The position numbers and the translations under genes were made by a program. The notes under the pieces were generated by a model, which was not told the DNA's origin, did no database searches, and saw only the letters and a program-made list of their open reading frames with translations. 64,000 nucleotides of DNA from Antedon mediterranea. Lineage: Eukaryota; Animalia; Echinodermata. Shown here piece by piece: positions 25,401 through 36,900 of this stretch (position 1 is the stretch's first letter; every line of letters begins with the position of its first letter). Location: the NCBI RefSeq assembly GCF_964355755.1, contig NC_092676.1:23144871-23208870 (forward strand), in the 5' to 3' direction.

Positions 25401-28400
25401 CCGTTTGATTTACCGCACGAATTTATTTATTTTCAGAGGTGTTGTTCGTTCTCAAAGTAACGCGGCATTCCACGACCCTTTCTATTGCCAAGACATCCCA
25501 ATTGAAAATTGGAAAATAAACGACAGATGTTCGACAGACCCTATATTCGTCAAGGGTGCCCCAAATGTAAGTTTAAAATGTAAACACGTTTACAGAATCA
25601 CAATATTTAATAAGAAAGCAAATACTTCTATTATAACATGGTCGAATTAGTGTGTATAGTAAACAGTGCCTATAACATATTTGGGGTGACCTCACATAAT
25701 AAGTGAGTTCCCAATTTAACCAGAAAGTTTAGATTCGATTGCTTTTTAAAAATATTTTCTCTATTGACTTTTGCTATACAATTTTGAAATGATGTTCGTT
25801 ATATGCTGTAATTATCTTTACTAAAGCTCTGTCTACACTATCAAACAAGTTTGAATAGGGTAATGTGCCAAAATATGGTAGTGATATACCCAAATAAGGT
25901 AGTGATTTGACATCATCAGGTCCATATATGGGCACATCACATTTTTGTCACAATAATAGTGTAAACAGCTTAACGTGTAATTTCACCATGTCTCAATTAT
26001 ACTTTTAGAGCTATAAATGGGTTTCTGGACCTTTATTTTTGTATTTTATCGAACGATTCATCCGGTTTATTCGTAGATATCAGACTGTTACAATTACACA
26101 GGTAAGATATTACTTGATAAGGCAAAAGTAGAGGTACGTCAGAATGCAAAACTGTAAAGTTGAAATAATACTGGTGTGCAAAGTTTTTGCGACGATATAG
26201 AGGGTGCTATAACATCTACTGTACAGAGCCATTTATTATTGGCTCTGTTTGTGTAACGTTAAGACAAAGAAAGTACTATCTTTGGCTTATAATATAGTAA
26301 TAAGGGTAATAATGAATAGATTGCAACATTTTGTGTGACGATATAGAGGGCGCTATAACACCGTATTGTATCCCATTCATAATATCTCTGGTACTATACA
26401 CAAAGATACATATTAAATTATAGTGCTATCTTTGGTTAAGATAAGTTGTCTTTAAATATGTATACTGTTCAGTTAGTATCCGTAATTACATGACTAAAGG
26501 GTCTTTCACACCTGTTCCGGCACGATTTGAAATCAACGTTAATGTTTCGAAACATTGACGTTCAATTTCAAACCGTATCGGAACAGGTTTGAAAGACCCT
26601 TTATACGCGTACATTTATGGTACTTTAATTGTTTCAGGTTGTAAATCACCCGTCTCGTGTTGTTGAGCTTAGAATGACGAAGAAAGGGTTCCGTATGTTA
26701 CCAGGACAGTACATCTTTATCAAATGTCCATCGATTTCACATATCCAATGGCATCCGTTTACACTTACATCAGTGAGTACAGTAGGCCTAAATTGCCGTA
26801 AAGCTCTGTCTACACTATCAAACTAGTATGGTATTGATATGCTTAAATACGGTAGTGGTATGACATCATCATGTCGATAACTGGGAACATCACATTTGTT
26901 TGTCACGTAAAGTTTGATCACCCTCACAAACTCGCGGCTAGATTTCAAATTTTACAAAGAAAAAGATAGAACATTATGTTAACCTTAGCACTTAATTTCA
27001 TATTGTTTAGGTCTTCAGCTCCAAACTAAGTTTCATGATGATAATACATATCAGAATAGAAATCTTACTCCCCTTCTGTTAGATTTGCATTGGCTATTTT
27101 AAATCGTTCTTTTGTAGTCGCCTGATGAAGGCTTCTTCAGCGTTCATATCCGTACTGTTGGTGACTGGACATCCTCCTTAGCTTTGGCTTGTGGCATTAA
27201 CAGTGCAGAATCCGTAGCTGCTGAAGATCTTCCAAGGTATGTACGGTTTTACTTGGTTTGCTACTAGAATCAAAACAATCTAACAACAGGGCACTGCGCT
27301 CGCCTTGCCAAGATAGGAACTCGTAATAATCCTTTGATCTTATGTCTAGCTGCGACAAATAACAACAGTTCTGTACTATGTACATATTCTCCGGTGTTTG
27401 TTAAAATAAGAGGCGACGTGAAACTGATCGTGTCACAGCCACAAATAAACCCGGAACTCAGCATCCTGTTGTTAGATACAGTCAAACTCTAGATTAAGGG
27501 TACATCTTCGAGATCGAACAACGTGCCCCCTTAATAGGAACTTAATTGAATACAGTTGGTGTTTGTCATTATATTTCCCTCGTTAGTTTACAGGAAAGTG
27601 TCCTCTTAATAAAGATGTCCTCTCAATAGGTGCTTCTCAAAAGCGGTAATATAATACAGTACTAATCTAAAATTTAGGCCCACTTGTTTGAGATAAAGAA
27701 CCTGGGTATAGGAATGATTCATGTTTTTCAATACTTTTTCGGTAATAGAGAGAGTCTTCCATTGGGACTCACCATTGTTTAGGAGAAATAAACGAGGGAA
27801 AATTATTTAGTTTAGACACTACAAACTCCATGCATGCCTAGCCCTAATAAGGGGTACACTTTGAATCCCAAAGGTCAATTTATTTATATAAAATCATATA
27901 GATATCAAAACGTATGTACTATTACCCTAATCAATTGATTTCTATTATTATTGTTTTATTGTTTATTTTAGAGTATCCGTTGACGGTCCGTTCGGAACGG
28001 CAAGTATAGATATCTTTGAATACGATGTTGGTATGTGTATTGGAGCTGGTATTGGTGTTACTCCATTTGCTTCCATCCTCAAATCAATCTGGTGAGCTAA
28101 TTTATGAATAGACTAGACTAGATCCACTCTAGTGAAGAGTGTAATTTATTGTGACGTGTATGATCTGGTGCTATTAGTAGTAGCTTATCAGGCCAACTGC
28201 GCCCTCTAAAAAGCAGTGAAAAGTTCAATCTTAACATTTTCCTATTTAGACCAGTAAAAGCATTGTTCAACCGGACAAATAAAATAGGTTGACATATTTC
28301 TAGATTCAATTTGACCTTTCCATCAAGCATTTAATTAAATGAAACTACTTATCTTTGAAGGAAGTTGGAAATTGTTCACATCGAAGTATGTTAAATAGTA

Positions 28401-31258
28401 TTACAAACATGAGTTGTTTCTTTTATATCTTTGTATTGAATGAAGTTATAACGTTGGAACGTTGCCACTTCTCGACTTTCTTCTAGAGAACGGAACTTAA
28501 TAATTATGTTGCATATTAAAGCCAAAAATCGGGGTAAATTGTGTAATATTTGTACATGTACATGATTTTTTTGGTCTACTTAGTAGACATGGTGATAATA
28601 GCCTATGATTCATTCATACATTGAGCCGTTTAATTATTGCAAAGAAAATTAACTGCAAATATAATTTAAGCTAATTGAGTGAATTGGAATATCGAATTGT
28701 CTTGTTAAGCATTTACGGATTGTGCAATAAATATAAACATTCCAAATTAGAGGGATTCTTTTTCGTTCTGATCCTGAGAATGTCAACTCACGGCGGCAGT
28801 ACTGTCATGTATTTGAATTGTACATCAAATACTATAAAGATTAAAATATGCATGTCTGAAAAAATTGCGTCGTCTGAAAAAATTGAAGACTAGTTAAGAC
28901 CAAATATATTTCTAAGATCTTGTTTTAAAATCATAGACCTATACATTGGAAGTCAATGGTTCTATATATTAGTAGAGGTCCACGGTTAGATCTTTTAAAG
29001 TTAAAACTTGTCCTGTTCCAAGCAGTTAATTATTAATTGTTCTATTTATTCGGAGAAAGTAACTCATTCATTTGTATGTTATTAAATATATAGGTACAGA
29101 CTAAGAATCGGTGATAAAGATTTAAAACTTCGTAAAGTGTATTTTTTCTGGATTTGTCCCGACACAAATGCGTTCGAATGGTTTTCGGAACTTCTGTCCC
29201 GATTCGAAAATGATGTTTCAGAGTTAGGACTGTCTGACTTTCTTAACTACAACATTTATTTAACAAGAGGCTGGGGCTCAAAACAGGTAAATCCGTATAT
29301 AATAATATGCTTATGTTTTGCATATCTAAAGCTGTTTCTACACTATTAACTAGTGTGATATACCCAAATATGGTAGTGATATTCCCAAATATAAACGTTA
29401 TATGACGTCATCCATATATGGGAACATCACATTTTGTTGTCACATAAAGTCTGATAGTGTAAACAGAGCTTAATTAGGTCGTCCCAAATCGATATGTTAT
29501 GTCCAATTTAAAGAAATGTATCTCCAAATGTTATCTTTTCTATTCTTGTATTAAACTACTGTGTCAGATCTGACCAAATACCAAATACCAAATACCCAAC
29601 TCCCTGACGAAAAGCTACTCCACAGACTGTAGTTTAATAAAATTACAATCCTGTTGGTGCAGTACTCGCTGATTACTTGGGCTCGAATCTAACCACTAGC
29701 CATCAGCGCAAGCTCGGTGGTCTAGAGGTATGAACGCCAGTTAGTGATCTGGAGGTCGTGGGTTCAAGTCCCACCCGAGAATTACTTGCGAGTTTTTTCG
29801 AATGTATTCTCAAATGTACTTCTATTTTTAGTTGTACTAGGTTGAATTTGAAACGAACATATCATGTTATAAATGCTAAATATGTTTACTTTTTGTTACT
29901 TTTTGTAATAGGCTAGAAATATATACCTGCATGAGCAAGATAATAAAGATCCGATAACAGGCCTAAGACAGAAGACACATTACGGTAGACCAAAATGGAA
30001 GGATATTTTTAAACAGATCGCTTCAGATAATCCAGGGTTGGTCTATCAACATTATTTTAGTATATTACACGATAAAATGCTTTTCTAACTTATCTTACTA
30101 TGTCTGTAGATACCTATATACAAAAAGAATATATGCTTATTGATTTTCATGAAAAAATCGATATATTTGTGACGTCATAAAATCTCGAGTTAGCTGTATC
30201 TTTAATATTGGCTGTAGATTCATGCATGTTGCAAAGTTTTTTGCCAGTTTATAAGCGCGCTTTAAGTCATGCTTATTTCACGAGTGTCCATTTTGTTATA
30301 GTTTATAGTATATTTCTACTTCACGTGATAATAATCAAAATGTTAAACAGAATTGTGGTCTTCCTGTCTCGGTGAATAACCAAAGAATGCAAAATACTTT
30401 CTTTTCCGGTTTTATTGATTTAATATTATTCAATATTCTTAAGCATGTTTTGTTAATATCTTCAATGTTTATCTTTCACATATGAAAGTAATCCTTATAT
30501 ATCGTAAAAGTAAAATTCATTGAAAAGAAATCCGTAATAATTAATTTTGACCTAGACTACTCCTACCTACCTATCAGCGTGTGTCAGAAAGCAAAACAAA
30601 ACAAAACGATATCTTATCAAATTGGCAAGCTCTTACCAATATTTTTTTCAGGAAGAACAAAAAAGAACTTGTAGGCCTACGTGCCCTGAATAAAGACAAT
30701 CGGAATAGGAAAATCCGTTTCAAATCCAATGCAGTTCCGTTACTGTTGTTGCTGTTGTCAAATCGACAGTGAAACACACCTTGAAAATAAACGTAGAATA
30801 CGAGACGCAGGCGTACCATACAATGATAAATAAATGCGATATATTCTTTGCTTATTCTCATTCGTTATTGCCAGTCATAAAACAACAACAACAAACAAAC
30901 AACTACAAACTAAGTTGCTGCAGGAAACACAAAAGGGAACTAAATCCCTATGAAAAGAGCCAGTCTCACCCACTTACCGAGTAGTACATACAGATAAAAT
31001 ATAGCATTTCAATAAATATATCAGAAAATACAATATAGTTTCATGATTTAAACATGATTATAATAAAATTTTTGTTTAGATACACTTTCAAAATCCTTTT
31101 ATGCATCTCTATGCTGTGTTTTTGTTGGCAGAATCGATGTAGGAGTGTTCTTCTGTGGACCTTCAGGTTTGTCGGACGTTCTTAAAAAGACAAGTCATCA
31201 ACACTCTGGCACTGCTCAACAAGGCTGTCGATTCATCTACAATAAAGAAAACTTTTAA
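7499..31258 (+). CDS. CYBB: NADPH oxidase B, NOX2/cytochrome b-245 heavy chain-like; complete, 577 aa, no EF-hands
   Basis: Exons 7499-7543, 8063-8158, 8786-8905, 9612-9845, 24928-25043, 25254-25334, 25437-25566, 26009-26101, 26638-26772, 27118-27236, 27972-28091, 29094-29286, 29912-30036, 31132-31258 sum to 1734 nt in one frame. Heme histidines (FHK...HCIAH, THH...VHG), [25 protein letters not shown] and KENF* are present. Several exon sizes (45, 96, 130, 93, 125) match those I recall for human CYBB. The symbol means CYBB-like. Confidence 0.93.
7669..8024 (+). mobile_element. tRNA-derived SINE with a Deu/Nin-like conserved domain
   Basis: Box A TGGCCGAGCGG and box B GGTTCGAGGCC are followed by CGGATAAGGACTATAAACCGTAGGTCC...TTAAAGAACCC...AAGAGTAGGGGGTTACCCCGGTG, which resembles the DeuSINE/SINE3 central domain as I recall it, and a (TAAAA)n tail. 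Confidence 0.75.
9281..9475. mobile_element. MITE family 2 (AGCTTGGTTCCCACTAG termini, TWA target; Harbinger-like)
   Basis: TTA|AGCTTGGTTCCCACTAG...CTAGTGGGAACCACGCT|TTA; other copies at ~31488-31665 (truncated) and 33087-33292. Confidence 0.85.
10626..12125. mobile_element. Non-autonomous P-superfamily-like DNA transposon, 1.5 kb
   Basis: 34-bp perfect TIR CATGGATTAAAGAATAGAAGGATATGCATCGACG; 7-bp TSD GTCCGGC at 10619-10625 and 12126-12132. Confidence 0.85.
12275..13712. repeat. Satellite, ~131 bp unit, ~11 copies, with a ~530-bp four-unit higher-order duplication
   Basis: ACACCTCCAATTAGCGACC-like motif recurs every ~130-135 bp; variant units starting at ~12425 are repeated from ~12955. Confidence 0.92.
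14200..14520. repeat. Degenerate MITE-like element with GACCACCTCTCGTAAG sub-repeats in both orientations
   Basis: Several ACCACCTCT/GACCACC motifs at 14210-14445, then the reverse forms GAGGTGG/AGGTGGTCG at 14450-14516. Confidence 0.55.
16283..17505. repeat. 101-bp satellite, ~12 copies (left arm)
   Basis: AGCACTGTGTTTTACTATAACCAA recurs at 16588, 16689, 16790, 16891 and 16992. Confidence 0.95.
17884..18730. mobile_element. Foldback MITE with arms of 15-bp tandem repeats
   Basis: Termini TATGGAATGCC / GGCGTTCCATA. (GATGAAAATTGCGTC)n lies at ~17905-18130 and its reverse complement at ~18555-18700. Flanking direct repeat AATTAGT at 17878-17884 and 18730-18736. Confidence 0.8.
19340..21200. 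repeat. Tandem ~600-630 bp units, each internally palindromic (~200-bp arms)
   Basis: CTAGTTTGAAGCGA...ATTCATCG is forward at ~19459, ~20054 and ~20685 and reverse-complemented at ~20394-20430 and ~21023-21060. Confidence 0.8.
21420..24265. repeat. 101-bp satellite, ~28 copies, reverse orientation (right arm)
   Basis: Reverse complement of the 16283-17505 unit; a 3-bp-deletion variant recurs at ~22601, 23001, 23401 and 23803 (four-unit higher-order period). Confidence 0.95.
26498..26600. mobile_element. Hairpin MITE, Harbinger-like
   Basis: TAA|AGGGTCTTTCACACCTGTTCCG...CGGAACAGGTTTGAAAGACCCT|TTA; nearly fully palindromic. Confidence 0.8.
29711..29782 (+). pseudogene. tRNA-like sequence (tRNA-Pro-type scaffold; SINE head or tRNA pseudogene)
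   Basis: GCTCGGTGGTCTAGAGGTATGA...AGGTCGTGGGTTCAAGTCCCACCCGAG has A and B boxes and a downstream T6 run. The anticodon arm is irregular (4-bp stem, 8-nt loop). Confidence 0.6.
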
Positions 31259-33086
31259 AAGCGATTGAAAATAGTCGAAACGACTGAAAACAGGATTACA
31301 ATTTCAGTCTGGAACAGATTAAACTGTTGGTAAAAAAAAGAATGTAAAAAAATGTCAAATAAAGATATATTTATAAAATATTTAAATGTAGAAAAAAAAA
31401 TGTTATTGAAGATAAATTTATGTAGGTAAAATGTTAAGCCCTATTATATAGTATATCATAAAACTCTCCTACGTCATTAATTATTAAAGCTTGGTTCCCA
31501 CAAGCGACGCAACGTAACGCAACGCAATCTACGTAACGTAAGCAAATGCCATTCTAATAATTGTGTTTTCCCCGCCAGAGTGAAATAAAACCTGCGATGT
31601 TTGCAGCATTATTGCGTCGTCGGTTCCTTCTTGTGATTACGCAATACAACATTTTGCGTCGATACATGATCTAGTATGAAGACCTTATACAATATTTATT
31701 ATACAATAATGCTCTGATGGATCAAATGAACAGACTATTTATAAATTTGAATACGCCTTACATTTTGCATGGTGTGTGCCACGGTGTTGTTAGGCGATGT
31801 TAACACTAACGGGGTATAGGCCATGGAGGCAATATACAGACATATTATAAATACACTTTATATTTCCTCAATGTATAGGCCTAGGCCTAAATTATACATT
31901 GGTTAGAGGTAATGCTAGTACTCATTGGTTGTGTATGTGTATTTTCTATGTTCTCAATGACGTCATATAGTGAATTGTAAAGGCCTATTATGTGAAAAAA
32001 TAATTGAATGAACCGTTCCTTATCTGTGGTTTGATTGCTTAAGCGTTAATAAACCACGATCGAAAATCGAAGGACAACATTATAGGAATCGTGCCAATCA
32101 TAATGAAACGGAAATGTGAAACCGTTTTTTGAACATTTTTTTTCTACAGCTCACTATGCCGGTCGGTCGGTTGGTCGGTAAACACTAACTTGAGCACGCG
32201 TTTTCAGCCATGCATTGACTGTATACGCGTTACGCGTCGACGGATTCTAAATTAGGGTTCTAAAATGATTGTACAATTGTATATTATTTGATATTGAGTC
32301 TTTTCTATGATTCAAAACTGTTTGACTAAAATTAGATTGCTTTAATTCATTTTCGATTACACTTTTAGTGTTGTTACGATTTTCTTTTTCAAGGAAATAA
32401 TAATATCTTCAGGTACAATCAACTATAATATTATACACTTTTATTAAATGTGTTATGTTATCATGCACGCATTTGCAATGATGTCCGCTTAATATGGGTT
32501 TCGTACTTTGTTTCTATTTGTATTATCCATAATTTATATTTACCACAATTTGTAATGATAGGCATAGGCCTTATTCTGTTCTTGTTTTAGCCAAATTACA
32601 TTATACGTAATAATTTCCTAACATGTTATTTTTTGTAACGTCTTTATTGTAACAAATGCATACAATAATAATATAATTTTGTTCGTGAGGCAAACCGGAA
32701 AGACTTAGGCCTACATGGATTATGAAAGCGGACCATGGCAAGGACGCAAAAGCGTAGGCCTACTAAATGTCAAATGTGTGCCCTAGATTCGCTACTATTT
32801 CAAAACTATAGTCCGTAACTATACTGTGTAATAACGTACGTACAGTTTAAATTTTCGATGTGGTGCATGTCATTATTTGGATTTTTAAACTTCCGTAGTT
32901 GGAGATGGTTCAATTTTGTAACCTTGAGTTAGCAATATTAATAATGACATTGGCAATATTAGCCAACTCAATTATCTAATAAGTTAACGACGGAAGTTAT
33001 GCGAATCTAGATCAGTATAACGAAAAACTTTTTTTCCATATATGCTACAGTAATGTACAAAGCAGGCCTACGTCATTAATTATTAA

Positions 33087-33292
33087 AGCTTGGTTCCCAC
33101 TAGCGACGTAACGTAACGCAATCTACGCAACGCAAGAAAATGCCCTTCTAGTAATTGTGTTTGCCCCCGCCTGCGTGAAATCAAACTTGCGATGTTTGCA
33201 GAACTATATTGCGTCATCGGTTCCCACGTGATTACGCAATAAACATTTTGCGTCGATACGTCGCTGCGTTGCGTTCTAGTGGGAACCAAGCT
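33087..33292. mobile_element. MITE family 2 copy
   Basis: TAA|AGCTTGGTTCCCACTAG...CTAGTGGGAACCAAGCT|TAA. Confidence 0.85.
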
Positions 33293-33912
33293 TAAGATCT
33301 ATTTAGGCCTAGCCTACTAGTATATTACAACACGAATACTTTGCCCTGTCAATGTTAATGAAATACAACGAATATGTGTTTTTATTCGTGTTGACGATCA
33401 TTATGTCGTCTGCTAGTCATCTCAATCCATAGCATTGCTTTTTGTTTCAGATATGCTAACATTTATAGGCCTAATGATGTAGGCCCATCTTTACTCTTTT
33501 TATTATGCATTGTCTGAGTAGATTCAACCCTTTTGGTGGTGGTTTCCTATATTAAAGTATTCATTCTTATTCATTTTGTTACAAAGCATTTGCACGATAG
33601 GGAACGGAAAGGGACTTCACCTTATGTGGACTCTTGTTTAATGTTACGTCGTGAAAGGAAATTATTTGCTTTTTACTACTTGATTGTAGAACTAGATACT
33701 ACTATAACAACAACTCGTATAACACATTGAGTCAAATAAAATTCATGAATAATACATGAGAGTCGATTTTATTTCCTTATTTAATTTAAGACATATTCAC
33801 TCCGATTTCGGTCTGCAATCAATTAATCGAAACTCTGCAATTCGTTTAAAAGATTACTTAAAGACAATCGTATCAAGACAATATTCAAACTAATCAATTC
33901 GTTCAGTAAGCA

Positions 33913-36900
33913 ATGGCGACGTCAAATGAATACCGAGCAATACCCCAAGGTTGGTATATTTATTAATATACAACTAAATTTCTTGTAGACATGTACGCTC
34001 TTGCCTTATTTCAGTAGGCCTACTTAAGACCATAGTATTTACAGATCATTAGCGCAAATACTTGGTATGCGTACTAGACACATCGCAGCCCTTGCTGCAT
34101 CGGCCTATACATTGTATTATTTGTAAAAGGTCAATTTATTAGTTAAATAAGCGAATAGTAATTCTGTGTATAGGTTTTTGTTGTGTTATACTTATAAATT
34201 ATAAGTAGGGCACCACCTCCACGTTATAAGTCGCATCTTTTTTTAGTTTCTAAGTCTATTGCCACTAACTATATAACGTGTCCTTGGTGTCTCTGACTTT
34301 GAATGATGTATCAATTAAAATAACGTTTTTCATATCATTTTTCTAATCCTTAGATATTTTGTCCCCCTGAAAAAAAATAGTCCAATTGGCTGCCAGGCAA
34401 TGGGGTTGTGGTTGATTTTTCATTTTTTGGTGATTTCATGTGTGATTAACTTTTTCAAAATTACAAAATGTCCTACTCAAAAGTCTGATTTATTAATCTT
34501 CATTTTTTATGTTTTTGGGGACAATATGTCTTTAAGCTTATTGCCACATAATTTTACTAATAACAAGTAACGGATTTTTTAACTGTCGCTTTCGCTGTAG
34601 TGAGAACTAGGACTTTCAGTAAACATGGGAAAGATAGGCCTATTTCTATAATTCAACTATCAACAGTAATGTATAAAATCATGGATTGATATCCAAATTG
34701 CCAATTATGCAAGAAAAGTATGCACGTCATTATAAAACGTTTCTTTTTATAATTTATGATTTTAGATGATTCGTTTCGGGCACCAGTAGGCCAGGTAAGA
34801 TACTTTTATTATACATTAATCAGACTTATTATTATTTATTTTCAACAAACATACGTATCATTGGAAGAGACATAGACCTATTACAAATAATAATTATTAG
34901 TGATACTCCGTGGAACTTCCAGGGTTCATCGCCCATAGAACGTATACTGTAGCCCTTATTCGGCTGCGTCACTTATTCGATTGAATCGCTAGGCCTACTC
35001 GATCGAATAGGCCTAACAACTGCGTAATCCAGCCGGATCACTTATTTGACTGGATCTTATAATTCGGTCTCCTGCGACACATGTATGTATTTTCGAATGG
35101 ATATTGATCAATCGACTGCGACACGTACTTATTCAGTATTCGACTTGATCTTATTCGACCTCCTGCAACACGTATTTATTCAGTATTCGACTTGATCTTA
35201 TTCGATCGACTGCGACACGTACTTATTCAGTATTCTACCGGATTATTATTTGATCGACTGCGACAAGTACTTATTCAGTATTTGACTCGATAGTATTTGA
35301 CCTCCTGCGACACGTACTTATTCAGTATTCAAATGGATCTTATTTGATCGACTGCGACAAGTATAAATAATCTTCATCTACGTGGACGTAGCTAATTCAA
35401 CAACGTTTTTTTTTTTATTAGACCGAAATCATAATTGCATTACTAAATAGAAGACGTATTTTTATTTTAAGGAAGCTACCAAACAATTTAAAGTAATTGA
35501 AAAAAAATTGTACCGAAATAATAATTGCAGTCTCCTATTATTCCACTCAAGAACTTATTCGACTAGAGTGCTTGTTCGGGGTACACTTCACACTCGTTGA
35601 CACTTCCGTTTCGAAAAACGAGAGTTAAACGAAATTATGTTGTATTTTTGCTTCTACCATTTCCTCTATGCTTCTAAACAATGAAAATCTTATTACCTTT
35701 ATTGTTTTTTTATTCTAAAACAAAACAGAAATTAATAATGAATTTAAAGTATCATATGTAGATATTACACAGCATAGGCCTATATAAATAAAATACGTCA
35801 ATTATTGGCATTATAAGTAGGTATGTTGACTATCTGAACCATTACAATTACTAGAAGACGTATTTTTATTTTAAGGAAGCTACCAAACAATTTAAAGTAT
35901 TTGAAAAAAAAAGGTACCGAAATAATAATTGCAGTCTCATATTATTCCACTCACGAACTTATTCGACTGGAGTGCTTATTCGGAGTACACTTCACACTCG
36001 TTTACACTTCCGTTTCTAAAAACGAAAGTTAAACGAAATTCTGCTGTATTGTTGCTTCTGCCATTTTTTCCATGCTTCTACACGATGAATTTATCGTATT
36101 ACCTTTGTTGTCTTTTATTCTAAAACAAATAAACACAGAAATTAATAATGAATTTAAAGTATCATATGTAGATATTACACAGCATAGGCCTATATAAATA
36201 AAATACGTCAATTATTGGCATTATAAGTAGGTATGTTGACAATCTGAACCATTACAATTACTAGAAGACGTATTTTTATTTTAAGGAAGCTACCAAACAA
36301 TTTAAAGTATTTGAAAAAAAAGGTACCGAAATAATAATTGCAGTCTCATATTATTCCACTCACGAACTTATTCGACTGGAGGGCTTATTCGGAGTACACT
36401 TCACACTCGTTTACACTTCCGTTTCTAAAAACGAAAGTTAAACGAAATTCTGCTGTATTGTTGCTTCAGCCATTTTTTCCATGCTTCTACACGATGAATT
36501 TATCGTATTACCTTTATTGTCTTTTATTCTAAAACAAATAAACACAGAAATTAATAATGAATTTAAAGTATCATATTTTAGATATTACACAGCATAGGCC
36601 TATATAAACCAAGTACGTCAATTATTGGCATTATTACTCATCCGTTACATTACTGTTATAACTTAAATAGATCAGGTATTAGGCTACGAACTCCAAGAGC
36701 AAATCTTTGTAGAACTAGAAAATCCTTCGATAATGCAATTTTTAAATAGTTTTACATTTTTAAAAGTTTTTTTATTTTTAACGTTTTATCTTGTATTTTA
36801 ATCTGTTAGGCCTATAATACTGCACGTTTTAAATTGTTGCAACTTTTTTTTATGTTTTTTTTTAATTGTTGTTTTAATCTACCAAGCAAAGTGAATTTCC

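Noticed and set aside
29711-29782. Functional tRNA gene
   Set aside because: The anticodon stem/loop and the acceptor-stem end are non-canonical; kept only as tRNA-like
2912-30036. Paralogous NOX exons exactly 27,000 bp apart
   Set aside because: Other exon pairs have different offsets, so this is coincidence
32105-33660. ISRE-like GAAACGGAAA (32105) and kappaB-like motifs upstream of D1
   Set aside because: Short motifs expected by chance in AT-rich DNA; not conserved in the D3/D5 promoters
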